Below, piece by piece: positions 19,557-28,449 of a stretch of DNA of 64,000 nucleotides. The notes beneath the pieces were generated by a model, which did no database searches, was not told where the DNA came from, and saw only the letters and a program-made list of their open reading frames with translations. Source of the DNA: Arcobacteraceae bacterium. GTDB lineage: Bacteria > Campylobacterota > Campylobacteria > Campylobacterales > Arcobacteraceae. The translations under genes were made by a program, and so were the position numbers. Position 1 is the first letter of the stretch, and the number at the start of each line of letters is the position of its first letter. Location of the stretch: assembly GCA_048268245.1 (NCBI GenBank), contig JBLWVX010000012.1:1-64000 (forward strand), read 5' to 3'.

Positions 19557-20882
19557 ATGAGTATGTTTTGTTATCAATGTGAAATGAGTCAAAAAGGTGG
19601 TTGTGGTAGCACGGGTGCTACTGTAGGAACTTGTGGTAAGGATGAAAACTTAGCAAGACTTCAAGATATAATGATTTTTGGACTTAAGGGTCTTAGTGCA
19701 TATAGAGAGCATTTAAACAGCTTTAAACCTGAACTTACAAAAGAGATTGATGATGTAATGAGTGAAACATTATACTTTACTCTTACAAATGTAAACTTCA
19801 ATTTCCAAGATCATATAAATCAACTTATGAAAGTTGGTTCTGCTGGTGTAAAAGTTATGAACCTATTAGGTGAAGCCCACACTAATAAGTTTGGTATTCC
19901 AACTCCTGTAGTTGTACCTCAAAATAAAGTTGAAGGTAAAGCTATTTTAGTTTCTGGTCATGATTTAGACTTCTTTGAGAAACTACTTATTGCTACAGAA
20001 GATAAAGGTATTAACATCTATACTCACTCTGAAATGTTACCAGCACATGGGTACCCAGAATTAAAAAAATTCAAACACTTAAAAGGTAATGTAGGAAAGG
20101 CTTGGTTTGATCAAGCAAAACTTATGGAGAAATTTACAGGAACATTTGTAGTAAATACTAACTGTATTGTACCTCCTAAGAAAAACTGCTCTTATCTTGA
20201 TAGGGTATTTACACATAATATTGTAGGTATTGAAGGTTCAACTGCTATTGTTGACTATAACTTTGATGAACTTATTGAAAAAACACTTTCATGTCCAGAT
20301 GCAAATGGTATTGATTTAAATGAAGACACTACTTTAACAACAGGTCATAACTATAAAACAGTTCTTACTTTAGCACCACAAATTATTAAAGCACTAGAAG
20401 AAGGTAAGATTAAACAGTTCTTTGTTGTTGCAGGATGTGATGCACCAGGTAAACCGGGAGAATATTATAGAGAATTAACACAAAACTTACCAAAAGACAC
20501 GGTAATTCTAACTTCTTCATGTGGTAAGTTTAGATTCAATGATATTGATTTTGGTGAGATAGAAGGGACTGGAATTCCTAGATATTTAGACCTAGGTCAA
20601 TGTAATGACTCATATGGTGCAGTTGAAATAGCAAAAGCTTTAAGTGATGCATTAAATACACCAATAAATGATTTACCTGTATCAATCGTATTATCATGGA
20701 TGGAGCAAAAAGCTGTGATTATTTTACTTGCTTTATTCTCTTTAGGTATAAAAGATATATATTTAGGACCAAAACCTCCACAGTTTGTAAATGAAGATAT
20801 TTTCAACTTCTTAGCTGAGAATTTTAACCTTACACTTACAACAAATGCAAAAGATGATTTACAAAAACTTCTAATAGCATAA
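19557..20882 (+). CDS. hcp: Hybrid cluster protein (hydroxylamine/NO reductase), short form
   Basis: MFCYQC...CGK, ILVSGHDL, YTHSEMLPAHGYP, GCD, LDLGQCND and SWMEQKA. Confidence 0.96.
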   Translation: MSMFCYQCEMSQKGGCGSTGATVGTCGKDENLARLQDIMIFGLKGLSAYREHLNSFKPELTKEIDDVMSETLYFTLTNVNFNFQDHINQLMKVGSAGVKVMNLLGEAHTNKFGIPTPVVVPQNKVEGKAILVSGHDLDFFEKLLIATEDKGINIYTHSEMLPAHGYPELKKFKHLKGNVGKAWFDQAKLMEKFTGTFVVNTNCIVPPKKNCSYLDRVFTHNIVGIEGSTAIVDYNFDELIEKTLSCPDANGIDLNEDTTLTTGHNYKTVLTLAPQIIKALEEGKIKQFFVVAGCDAPGKPGEYYRELTQNLPKDTVILTSSCGKFRFNDIDFGEIEGTGIPRYLDLGQCNDSYGAVEIAKALSDALNTPINDLPVSIVLSWMEQKAVIILLALFSLGIKDIYLGPKPPQFVNEDIFNFLAENFNLTLTTNAKDDLQKLLIA

Positions 20883-21217
20883 GTAACAGAGTATATAACT
20901 CCGTTACTTTTTATATCATATCTTAATAATATTTTAAAACAAGGAAGTATCTACTAAATTAAGCTTAATATGGGCTTTATAATTGTGTACTTTTTACACA
21001 ACATATAAAAAATAACTAAATTTGCATTGTAAAATGAGATTTTGTCACAAAAATGTAATTTTTTTATAATACGTAGCATTAAAATAGCATTTTATACAAC
21101 ATCAGTGTTACTTTATAGATTAAAAATGACTTTTAAGACTATAATATTGTAAAAAATACATTTGAATTAATTTTAATAATAAGCTATATTTCTTCAACAA
21201 AATTTGAAGGCTATAAT

Positions 21218-23014
21218 TTGTCTAATGTAAATGAAATTTTAAAACTATCACAAAAACTAAATATTTTATATGTAGAAGATGATGAAACACTAAGAACTGA
21301 AACATCTAAACTACTAAATTATTTTTTTGCTAATGTTGTAACTGCAGAAAATGGAATTGAAGGAATTGAAAAGTTTAAATCAAATCAAATTGATTTAATA
21401 ATGACAGATATTTGTATGCCTAAATTAGATGGTCTTTCAATGATAAAAGAGATTAAAAAATCTAATCCTAATATTCCAACTATTATTAATTCTGCATTTA
21501 ATGATGTTTCATATTTACATGAAAGTATAAATATCAAAATTGATGAGTATTTAATCAAACCATTAAGTTTAGAAAAATTAAAAGAGTCATTAGATAAAAC
21601 TATAAATAAAATACTTCTTCAAAGAAAAATACTTCTTCTAAACAATTATGAAGAGGCTATTACTAAAAATTCTATTCTTGCTAAACTAGATTTAAAAGGT
21701 GATTTCATATATACTAATGAGAAATTCGATGAACTATTTAGATATAGAAAAAATGAATTATTAGAAAAAAATTTCAATACTATATTAAAAAAAGAATCAA
21801 TAAAATTTACTTCATTGCTAAAAAAGATAGAACTTACAAAAGAGCCTTGGCATGGACAATTAAAATGTAAAAAGAAGAACAATAAAAAAACATGGGTTAA
21901 AATAGATATTACACCAATATTTGATGAAGATGAATTATTGAAGGAGTTTTTAATCATCTTTATTGATATTACTAAAGAAATAAGTTTAAAAAAATATCTA
22001 AAAAAAGAACTCAATCAAACTAAGTACAACTTAAAAAATGCTATCAAACTAACTTCACAATACGAAATGGCAATTAATGAAAGTAGTATTCTTACTAAAT
22101 CCAATCTAAAAGGAAAAATTACATTTGTAAATGAAAAGTTTTGTGATATTTCAGGATATAGCCAAGAAGAATTAATTGGAAAACCTCATAACATTATTAG
22201 ACACCCTGATACTCCATCAAGTGTATTCAAAGAGTTATGGGGAACAATTAAAGAAGGTAAATGTTGGCAAGGTATTATAAAAAATAGAAAAAAAGATGGT
22301 GCTTCTTATTGGGTATCAACTACAATTATTCCAATTAAAAATAAGAAAAATGAAATTAAAGAGTATATATCAATAAGACATGATTTAACAAAAGTATTTG
22401 AACTTCATGAGGAAATAGAAGAGACTCAAAGAGAATTAGTTTACAAACTTGGAGAAATTGGAGAAACAAGAAGTAAAGAAACAGGAAATCATGTAAAAAG
22501 AGTAGCTCAATACTCAAAAGATCTTGCAATGTTATATGGATTAAATAAAGAGGATTGTGAAATACTTTTTGCTGCTTCACCAATGCACGACATAGGAAAA
22601 GTTGGTATTCCTGATGAAATCCTAAAAAAACCTGGCAAGCTTACTACAGAAGAGTTTAACATAATGAAATCTCACTCAACAATAGGTTATAACATTTTAA
22701 AAGGTTCTCAAAGACCTGTTTTAAAAGCTGCTGCGACTATTGCTAAAGAGCATCATGAAAAATATGATGGAACAGGCTATCCTAGAGGACTTAAAGGTCA
22801 AGAAATCCATATATTTGGAAGAATAACTGCACTCGCTGATGTTTTTGATGCACTTGGATCAGATAGATATTACAAAAAAGCATGGGAAGATGAAAAAATA
22901 TTTAATTTAATCAAAAAGGAGAAAGGAAAACATTTTGATCCAATATTAGTTGATTTATTTATAAACAATATAGAAATATTTTTAGAAACTAGAGATAAAT
23001 ATACAGATAAATAA
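21218..23014 (+). CDS. Receiver-PAS-PAS-HD-GYP cyclic-di-GMP phosphodiesterase
   Basis: YVEDD/TDICMP receiver, two PAS/PAC repeats, HDIGK...HHEKYDGTGYP. Confidence 0.92.
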   Translation: MSNVNEILKLSQKLNILYVEDDETLRTETSKLLNYFFANVVTAENGIEGIEKFKSNQIDLIMTDICMPKLDGLSMIKEIKKSNPNIPTIINSAFNDVSYLHESINIKIDEYLIKPLSLEKLKESLDKTINKILLQRKILLLNNYEEAITKNSILAKLDLKGDFIYTNEKFDELFRYRKNELLEKNFNTILKKESIKFTSLLKKIELTKEPWHGQLKCKKKNNKKTWVKIDITPIFDEDELLKEFLIIFIDITKEISLKKYLKKELNQTKYNLKNAIKLTSQYEMAINESSILTKSNLKGKITFVNEKFCDISGYSQEELIGKPHNIIRHPDTPSSVFKELWGTIKEGKCWQGIIKNRKKDGASYWVSTTIIPIKNKKNEIKEYISIRHDLTKVFELHEEIEETQRELVYKLGEIGETRSKETGNHVKRVAQYSKDLAMLYGLNKEDCEILFAASPMHDIGKVGIPDEILKKPGKLTTEEFNIMKSHSTIGYNILKGSQRPVLKAAATIAKEHHEKYDGTGYPRGLKGQEIHIFGRITALADVFDALGSDRYYKKAWEDEKIFNLIKKEKGKHFDPILVDLFINNIEIFLETRDKYTDK

Positions 23015-23019
23015 GGAAG

Positions 23020-23418
23020 ATGATGAATAAAGAAATTAAACTATCAAAGAATACTATGATTGTTTCAGAAACAAACTCTAAAGGTAAAATAGTTTACGCA
23101 AATGAAGATTTTTGTAAAATTGCAGGTTTTTCTAAAAGTGAAATAATTGGAAAACATCATAATATTGTAAGACATGATGATATGCCTAAAGAGGCTTTTA
23201 AAGACTTATGGAAAACTATAAAAAAAGGTCAAACATGGAAAGGTATAGTAAAAAACACTACTAAAGATGGTGGATACTATTGGGTTAATGCTACTGCTTA
23301 TCCTGTAAAAAAAAGAGATGGTAAATTAAGATATATTTCGGTTAGAGTTAAACCTACAAAAGAAGAAGTAAATCAAGCAGAAAAACTTTATAGACAAATG
23401 AAACTAAGGGAAAGGTAG
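23020..23418 (+). CDS. Stand-alone PAS sensor (Aer/CetB-like)
   Basis: IVSET...YANEDF...[10 protein letters not shown]...W.G.VKN..KDG.YYWV. Confidence 0.9.
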   Translation: MMNKEIKLSKNTMIVSETNSKGKIVYANEDFCKIAGFSKSEIIGKHHNIVRHDDMPKEAFKDLWKTIKKGQTWKGIVKNTTKDGGYYWVNATAYPVKKRDGKLRYISVRVKPTKEEVNQAEKLYRQMKLRER

Positions 23419-24677
23419 TGTTTTTTTCAAAAAAAAATGATATAAATAAAATACTAGAATTTCTTGAAGAATTCGATTCTTATATAAAAAATGACCTAAA
23501 CCAAATTCATATACCAAAGCAAAACTCAAAAAAACTTAGACTTGTTGAAAATAAAATCTACGATATAGCACAATATATCTCAAACCAAAGAGAACAAGAC
23601 ATAAAAGTATATGGAGAAATTATGCTTGCGTGTGAAAAGTTATCTGATGGTTTCACAGAAGATCATATAACTGAAAAATCAAATGATGCTAAAATTAATT
23701 ACATTATTGAAACAGTAAATACTACTATTGAAAAAATTGATAAAGCCTTAAAAATTGTAACGTCAAGGCTTAAAGAATATGAGCAACAAAACTATCTTGA
23801 ATTAGTTGATGAAGACCTATTTAGAGGTGGAGAATTAAAAAATCTACTTTTAGGTATAAATTCATTAAAAGATAAAGTTACAGATAACTTATCAAAAAAC
23901 TATAAACAAGGTTTACTTTTAGAAAAAGAGTCTAATATTTTATTACAAGAGTCAAGAAAACTTGCAAAATCTACAATAACACAAGCTGCAACAATAGAAG
24001 AAACAGCAGCATCCATAGAAGAAATAACAGCAACAGTTTCTCAAAATAGAATAACAACAAATGAAATGTCAAAGCTTGGAGAGCAAGTTAAAAACAATGC
24101 AAATAATGGGATTAGTTTAATATCAAATACAATAACATCAATGGATGAAATAGAAGAGGCAACAAATACAGCAACAGAAGCAATTAGTGTAATCTCTCAA
24201 ATTGCTTTTCAAACAAATATTTTATCACTAAACGCAGCAGTTGAGGCAGCAACTGCAGGAGAAGCTGGTAAAGGATTTGCAGTTGTAGCTCAAGAAGTGC
24301 GAAATCTTGCAAATAAAAGTGCAGAAGCTGCAAAAAAGATTGAAGACCTAATGAATAATCTAACACACAAAACTCAAGAAGGTAAGAATAATTCTCATAA
24401 AATGCAAAATGAATATACAGTATTAAATGAAAATATAAATAAAACTATTGAGCATATCAAAAAAGTTGAATTATCTTCTCAAGAACAAGAAATAGGAATC
24501 AAACAAATAAATGAAGCATTAGCTCAAATAGATGGCTTTACTCAAGAAAATTCACTAATTGCAACTAGAGTTAGTGAAATCTCTCAAGATAGTAATAAAG
24601 TCGCTAAAGAAGTTGTAAGTGCAATAAGAGTGGCTAAGTTTGAAGGTAAAGAATCTATCTCAATAGAAGATGTATAA
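23418..24677 (+). CDS. Methyl-accepting chemotaxis protein, no obvious TM segment
   Basis: [37 protein letters not shown] signalling hairpin. Confidence 0.93.
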   Translation: MFFSKKNDINKILEFLEEFDSYIKNDLNQIHIPKQNSKKLRLVENKIYDIAQYISNQREQDIKVYGEIMLACEKLSDGFTEDHITEKSNDAKINYIIETVNTTIEKIDKALKIVTSRLKEYEQQNYLELVDEDLFRGGELKNLLLGINSLKDKVTDNLSKNYKQGLLLEKESNILLQESRKLAKSTITQAATIEETAASIEEITATVSQNRITTNEMSKLGEQVKNNANNGISLISNTITSMDEIEEATNTATEAISVISQIAFQTNILSLNAAVEAATAGEAGKGFAVVAQEVRNLANKSAEAAKKIEDLMNNLTHKTQEGKNNSHKMQNEYTVLNENINKTIEHIKKVELSSQEQEIGIKQINEALAQIDGFTQENSLIATRVSEISQDSNKVAKEVVSAIRVAKFEGKESISIEDV

Positions 24678-24697
24678 TCTTCTATTGAAGCAAAGAA

Positions 24698-25624
24698 CTA
24701 AAAACCTCCATATAAAGCAAGAACTATTGGTATATAAAGAATTGAAACTATAGTACTTAGAATTACTGTGAAGCTTGCTTTTTGAGGCTTCGCATTTAGA
24801 AGTACTGCTAAAGTTACTGTATTTCCTGCAAGTGGTACTATTGAGAATAAAAATAAAACCTTATATAAATCTTCATTTAAAAACATGATATAAGCTTTGT
24901 CTATATAAATTACTGCAAGCATTGCTAAAGGCCAGAAGATAAACTTCAAAATAAAAGTAATAGAAATAAATTTTGCATCTAAATCACTTCCCCTTTGAAG
25001 ACCAATAAGACCCATACCTAACATCATCATTCCTAAAATTCCATAAGCACCTTTAAACTGCCCTGTATACGCACTAATAGCCTCAGGTATTTGAACTCCT
25101 ATTAGATTACAAATTATACCTAATACAAAAGCATATAAAATAGGAAGTCTTAACATTTTCATAAGGGATTGCTTTACAGTAAAATTTCCTTTTGCTGTCA
25201 CATAAAAACCACTTGTACTTTCATATAAAAGTGAAGCTAAAACTGTAAAGATATAAATATCAGCTAAATACGGAGGGAAAAATATAATAGCTAAAGGAAT
25301 ACCAAAATATCCAGTATTTCCTGTTCCTGCACTAAATGCTAAGATATTTCCTGTTGGGTCATTCCATGATTTACCCCATATAAATAAAGACAAAAAAGCA
25401 ATGATAGAGCAAAATAGATATAAAAAGACAGGTAAAAACAAAATTGATAAATCTATTTTAACACTAAGTGTTGCTGAAAAAACAACAATAGGACCTAAAA
25501 TATAAATCAATATATTAGCAATTGACTCTCTTTTTACATCTAAAAATTTAGTAGATATATAGCCTAAAACAATATTAATATAAAGTGGAAAAATCTTAAG
25601 TAAGATTATAAAAAACAGTGACAT
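24698..25624 (-). CDS. AEC (auxin efflux carrier) family transporter
   Basis: About ten hydrophobic segments and GNTGYFGIP. Start set at ATG 25624 after an AGGAGAG RBS. Confidence 0.88.
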   Translation of the reverse strand: MSLFFIILLKIFPLYINIVLGYISTKFLDVKRESIANILIYILGPIVVFSATLSVKIDLSILFLPVFLYLFCSIIAFLSLFIWGKSWNDPTGNILAFSAGTGNTGYFGIPLAIIFFPPYLADIYIFTVLASLLYESTSGFYVTAKGNFTVKQSLMKMLRLPILYAFVLGIICNLIGVQIPEAISAYTGQFKGAYGILGMMMLGMGLIGLQRGSDLDAKFISITFILKFIFWPLAMLAVIYIDKAYIMFLNEDLYKVLFLFSIVPLAGNTVTLAVLLNAKPQKASFTVILSTIVSILYIPIVLALYGGF

Positions 25625-25691
25625 ACTCTCTCCTAACATTGACTATACAGTCAAGGAAAGAATATATCACATTTTTTATACATAAGTCAAG

Positions 25692-26120
25692 TTATTTAAT
25701 TTCTATTTTTCTTTTTGTTTCATCTTCATTAATCTTTGGTAAAACTACTTCTAGAACTCCATTATCGCTTGAGGCACTAATATTTTCTAAATCTACATTA
25801 TCAGGTAGAGTAAACACTCTTTGAAATTTACCAAAAGAGCTTTCAACTTTATAGTAATCCTCTTCTTTTACTTCCTCTTTAAAGTTTCTTTCTCCAAAGA
25901 TAGTTAAAGTTCTATCTTTAATATCAATATTGATATCTTCTTTTTTCATTCCTGGTAAATCAACATCGATATGATAAGCGAACTCACCTTCTCTTGTATT
26001 TACACTTGGTGCAAATGCACTAATTGTTGTGTCATTATTTTTTGTATTATTGTAAGTCATTAGACTTGGCATATTCATAAAATCTTTAAATGGATCAAAT
26101 CTTGTTACTAGCATTTTCAT
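25692..26120 (-). CDS. Hsp20/alpha-crystallin small heat-shock protein
   Basis: DLPGMKKEDI, GKFQRVFTLP and NGVLEVVLPK; CIRCE/HAIR sites upstream. Confidence 0.95.
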   Translation of the reverse strand: MKMLVTRFDPFKDFMNMPSLMTYNNTKNNDTTISAFAPSVNTREGEFAYHIDVDLPGMKKEDINIDIKDRTLTIFGERNFKEEVKEEDYYKVESSFGKFQRVFTLPDNVDLENISASSDNGVLEVVLPKINEDETKRKIEIK

Positions 26121-26140
26121 CTCCTTAAATCAAAACTTTA

Positions 26141-26161
26141 TATGAGTTATGTCAACTCTTA
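26141..26161. promoter_or_regulatory. HAIR-like (HspR) operator
   Basis: TATGAGT-N7-ACTCTTA versus consensus CTTGAGT-N7-ACTCAAG; lies between the hsp20 -10 and RBS. Confidence 0.6.
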
Positions 26162-26181
26162 ATGAAATATTAACAAATTTT

Positions 26182-26240
26182 TTAGCACTTGTCAAGAGTA
26201 AGTGCTAATATATTTAGCAATTAATTAAAATTAGTGCTAA
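26182..26240. promoter_or_regulatory. Two tandem CIRCE (HrcA) operators over the hsp20 promoter
   Basis: TTAGCACTT-N9-AAGTGCTAA (26182-208) contains the minus-strand -35 TTGACA; second copy TTAGCAATT-N9-TAGTGCTAA (26214-240). Confidence 0.85.
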
Positions 26241-26623
26241 TTAATATAATTTGATAACTCTATTAAATTTTTATCTGGATCTCTTAAATAAATAGAATTT
26301 ATCAAACCTTTTGCACCTGTTCTTTGAACTATTCCTTCTTCTATTTCAATACCTAAAGATTCAATATATAATTTTGCTTCTTCTATTTGTGTATCAATAA
26401 TAAAACATAGATCTGCACTACCTTCTTTTACATTATAAGCTTTAGGCTCAAACTCTTTTCCTAACAGATGTAAGTTAATTTTAGAATTTCCAAATCTCAA
26501 AGCAACTCTATTTTTTTTGAAAATCTCTTTTTTCATACCTAAAACTTTTTCATAAAAATCAACTGCTTTATCGATATTTTTAACAGTCAATACAAAATGA
26601 TCTAAGCTATTTATATTAATCAT
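26237..26623 (-). CDS. VOC/glyoxalase family protein
   Basis: LDHFVLTV, KINLH, GSADLCF and SIYLRDPDKNLIEL. Confidence 0.92.
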   Translation of the reverse strand: MININSLDHFVLTVKNIDKAVDFYEKVLGMKKEIFKKNRVALRFGNSKINLHLLGKEFEPKAYNVKEGSADLCFIIDTQIEEAKLYIESLGIEIEEGIVQRTGAKGLINSIYLRDPDKNLIELSNYIN

Positions 26624-26749
26624 TCTTATATACCAAAAAACTTCATATTTTCATAACTTGTCATTTGCGCATTCCTTTGTTAATAAATACTTGTATTATA
26701 AAGTATTTTGATTTCATGTTGACTACCTAATAACTATTTATTTATAAAT

Positions 26750-27013
26750 TTATATTTTACTTTCTTTAGTTATTTCAATCCAAAAAAACTTATTTCCACT
26801 TCCTTTTTCAACTGCTTTCCAACCAAATGATGTTGAGTGAAAATATAAAGTATCTTTGATAATTTTAAATGTAGTTTCAATATCTACTTGCTCTCCAAAA
26901 GCCTCTTTGAACATCACATATAAATACTCACCATCTTCTTCAAAGTCATATCTAAAGTTTGTAAAATCTACTAATTGTTTATCTAAAAAATCTTTTACTT
27001 TTTGTTTTATCAT
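26750..27013 (-). CDS. Hypothetical protein
   Basis: 87-aa ORF with AAGGG RBS; no motif recognised. Confidence 0.7.
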   Translation of the reverse strand: MIKQKVKDFLDKQLVDFTNFRYDFEEDGEYLYVMFKEAFGEQVDIETTFKIIKDTLYFHSTSFGWKAVEKGSGNKFFWIEITKESKI

Positions 27014-27123
27014 TATAAACCCTTATTTCTATTAAATATTTGTATTTTATGTTTTTATACCTTGAAGCTATATAATATAGTAATTTACTCATGTTTATGT
27101 TAGAATAATTAAAAGGAGATACT

Positions 27124-27615
27124 ATGAAAACATTGCTTATAATTATGGTTTTAATAAGTGCTGTTTTTGCTTCCCAACCTGATGAATTTGATAGAGAACT
27201 TTATAATGAGGGCGAGCAAATATTTGATAAAAAATGTAGTCAATGTCATAAAAAGTCTATGAATATAGGTTTACTTATGAAAAATTTTGTAGAAGAAAAT
27301 AACAAACTATTAAATCTAAAAGCTCCTACGGGAAATGAAATATCATATAGACTAAAAAGCCAAATTGGAAGTAAAGATGATATAGAATTTCAACTTATGG
27401 AAACAGGAGATTTTTTAGTAGATTATCTTTATAATCCAGATATAAAAAAGACTATATGTTTAGAAGCAGTAATAAGACACTTTGATACTATGCCAAGTAT
27501 GAAGGGTAAAATTACAGAAGATGAAATAAGAACAGTTGGGCACTTTTTATATTTCATTGAAGGATTCAATGGAGTTAATAAGTACTATCATAATATAGAT
27601 AAAGAGTTTGAATAA
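27124..27615 (+). CDS. Exported monoheme cytochrome c
   Basis: Signal peptide, CSQCH, distal TMPSM; AAGGAG RBS. Confidence 0.85.
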   Translation: MKTLLIIMVLISAVFASQPDEFDRELYNEGEQIFDKKCSQCHKKSMNIGLLMKNFVEENNKLLNLKAPTGNEISYRLKSQIGSKDDIEFQLMETGDFLVDYLYNPDIKKTICLEAVIRHFDTMPSMKGKITEDEIRTVGHFLYFIEGFNGVNKYYHNIDKEFE

Positions 27616-27638
27616 AGAAGAATAGATTTTCTTCTTTA
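27613..27638. terminator. Bidirectional terminator between convergent genes
   Basis: TAAAGAAGAA-N6-TTCTTCTTTA inverted repeat that includes both stop codons. Confidence 0.6.
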
Positions 27639-27782
27639 CTGTTTTTGTACTGGCTGTTGAGCTAAAGGCTTATTTTTCTGTTGCTGTTCTTGCTCTATGA
27701 TATTGTTGTATTTATCAACTAAAATATTTACCATATACCCCATCGAAACAACAATCAAAACAATTACAAATATATTTTTCAA
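27636..27782 (-). CDS. Small single-TM protein (48 aa), absent from the ORF track
   Basis: AGGAGAG RBS, TTG start, MKNIFVIVLIVVSMGYMVNILVDKYNNIIEQEQQQKNKPLAQQPVQKQ*. Confidence 0.7.
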   Translation of the reverse strand: MKNIFVIVLIVVSMGYMVNILVDKYNNIIEQEQQQKNKPLAQQPVQKQ

Positions 27783-27940
27783 ACTCTCTCCTAAGTAATG
27801 TTATTTGTATTTATATGGGATTGATTATATAGGATTTTGTTTTATTTTTTCTTAACAAGTAAATTTCTTTAACAAAATTACACTAAATTGAAGATTAAAC
27901 AGTTCTTTATATTTATTATGAGATAATTGTAGATAAGGAA

Positions 27941-28044
27941 TAAGAGAGGTGGAAATATGGGATTCCATATGCCTTGAACTCTTGGCTTAATGCAGGGCGT
28001 AACTAGTTCAGGAAAGATGCGGGGAGGTTCCCTCCCGCCTCTTA
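27941..28044. ncRNA. Candidate structured RNA (four-way junction, tRNA-like geometry); unidentified
   Basis: 50 G+C in 100 nt (27941-28040) in a very AT-rich context; closing stem plus three internal hairpins folded by hand. Confidence 0.55.
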
Positions 28045-28431
28045 CTTCGTTATAAAATCTTCTTTAATTACTATTAAATTTGCATTTAACTTAAAATTCT
28101 TTTTAATTTGACTTGGATTTGTTTGAAATAAGGTTGAAACCTCAGTTCTATTGTTTTTAGAAATCATTCCATATACAAGAAATTTATTATCAACTTTAGA
28201 TAAACAATTATATATATTCTTTTTATCATCAAAATAAATCATTAAAGTATTATCAATAACAATCTGAAAATTACCATTATGAAGAAATTCTTTATCCAAC
28301 GGAGGATGTTTTTCTTCTACTTTTTTAATTGTAGCATCAGTCATATAAACTTTTTTTGCAAAAACATTTCTAATTTTATGTATAATATGACTACTTACAA
28401 TTCCTAAATATACTCTATTTTTAGAACCCAT
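28042..28431 (-). CDS. Hypothetical basic protein, possibly BECR/PBECR (barnase-EndoU-colicin E5/D-RelE) RNase fold
   Basis: 129 aa with AGGAG RBS just after nrdB. The VYMT..TIKKVEEKHP helix followed by several short beta-strand-like segments ending EVSTLF resembles this fold by eye only. Confidence 0.6.
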   Translation of the reverse strand: MGSKNRVYLGIVSSHIIHKIRNVFAKKVYMTDATIKKVEEKHPPLDKEFLHNGNFQIVIDNTLMIYFDDKKNIYNCLSKVDNKFLVYGMISKNNRTEVSTLFQTNPSQIKKNFKLNANLIVIKEDFITK

Positions 28432-28449
28432 AGGAAACTCCTATATTTT

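Noticed and set aside
20883..21217. Long intergenic region with a TTTTA(C/T)ACAACAT direct repeat as an sRNA or operator array
   Set aside because: Very AT-rich, with only two imperfect copies and no stable fold or known consensus seen; not supportable.
27941..28044. Canonical tRNA or tRNA-Sec gene
   Set aside because: Cloverleaf-like topology, but the T-like loop is 3 nt, there is no 7-nt anticodon loop, no D-loop GG and no CCA. Kept as an unidentified structured element.
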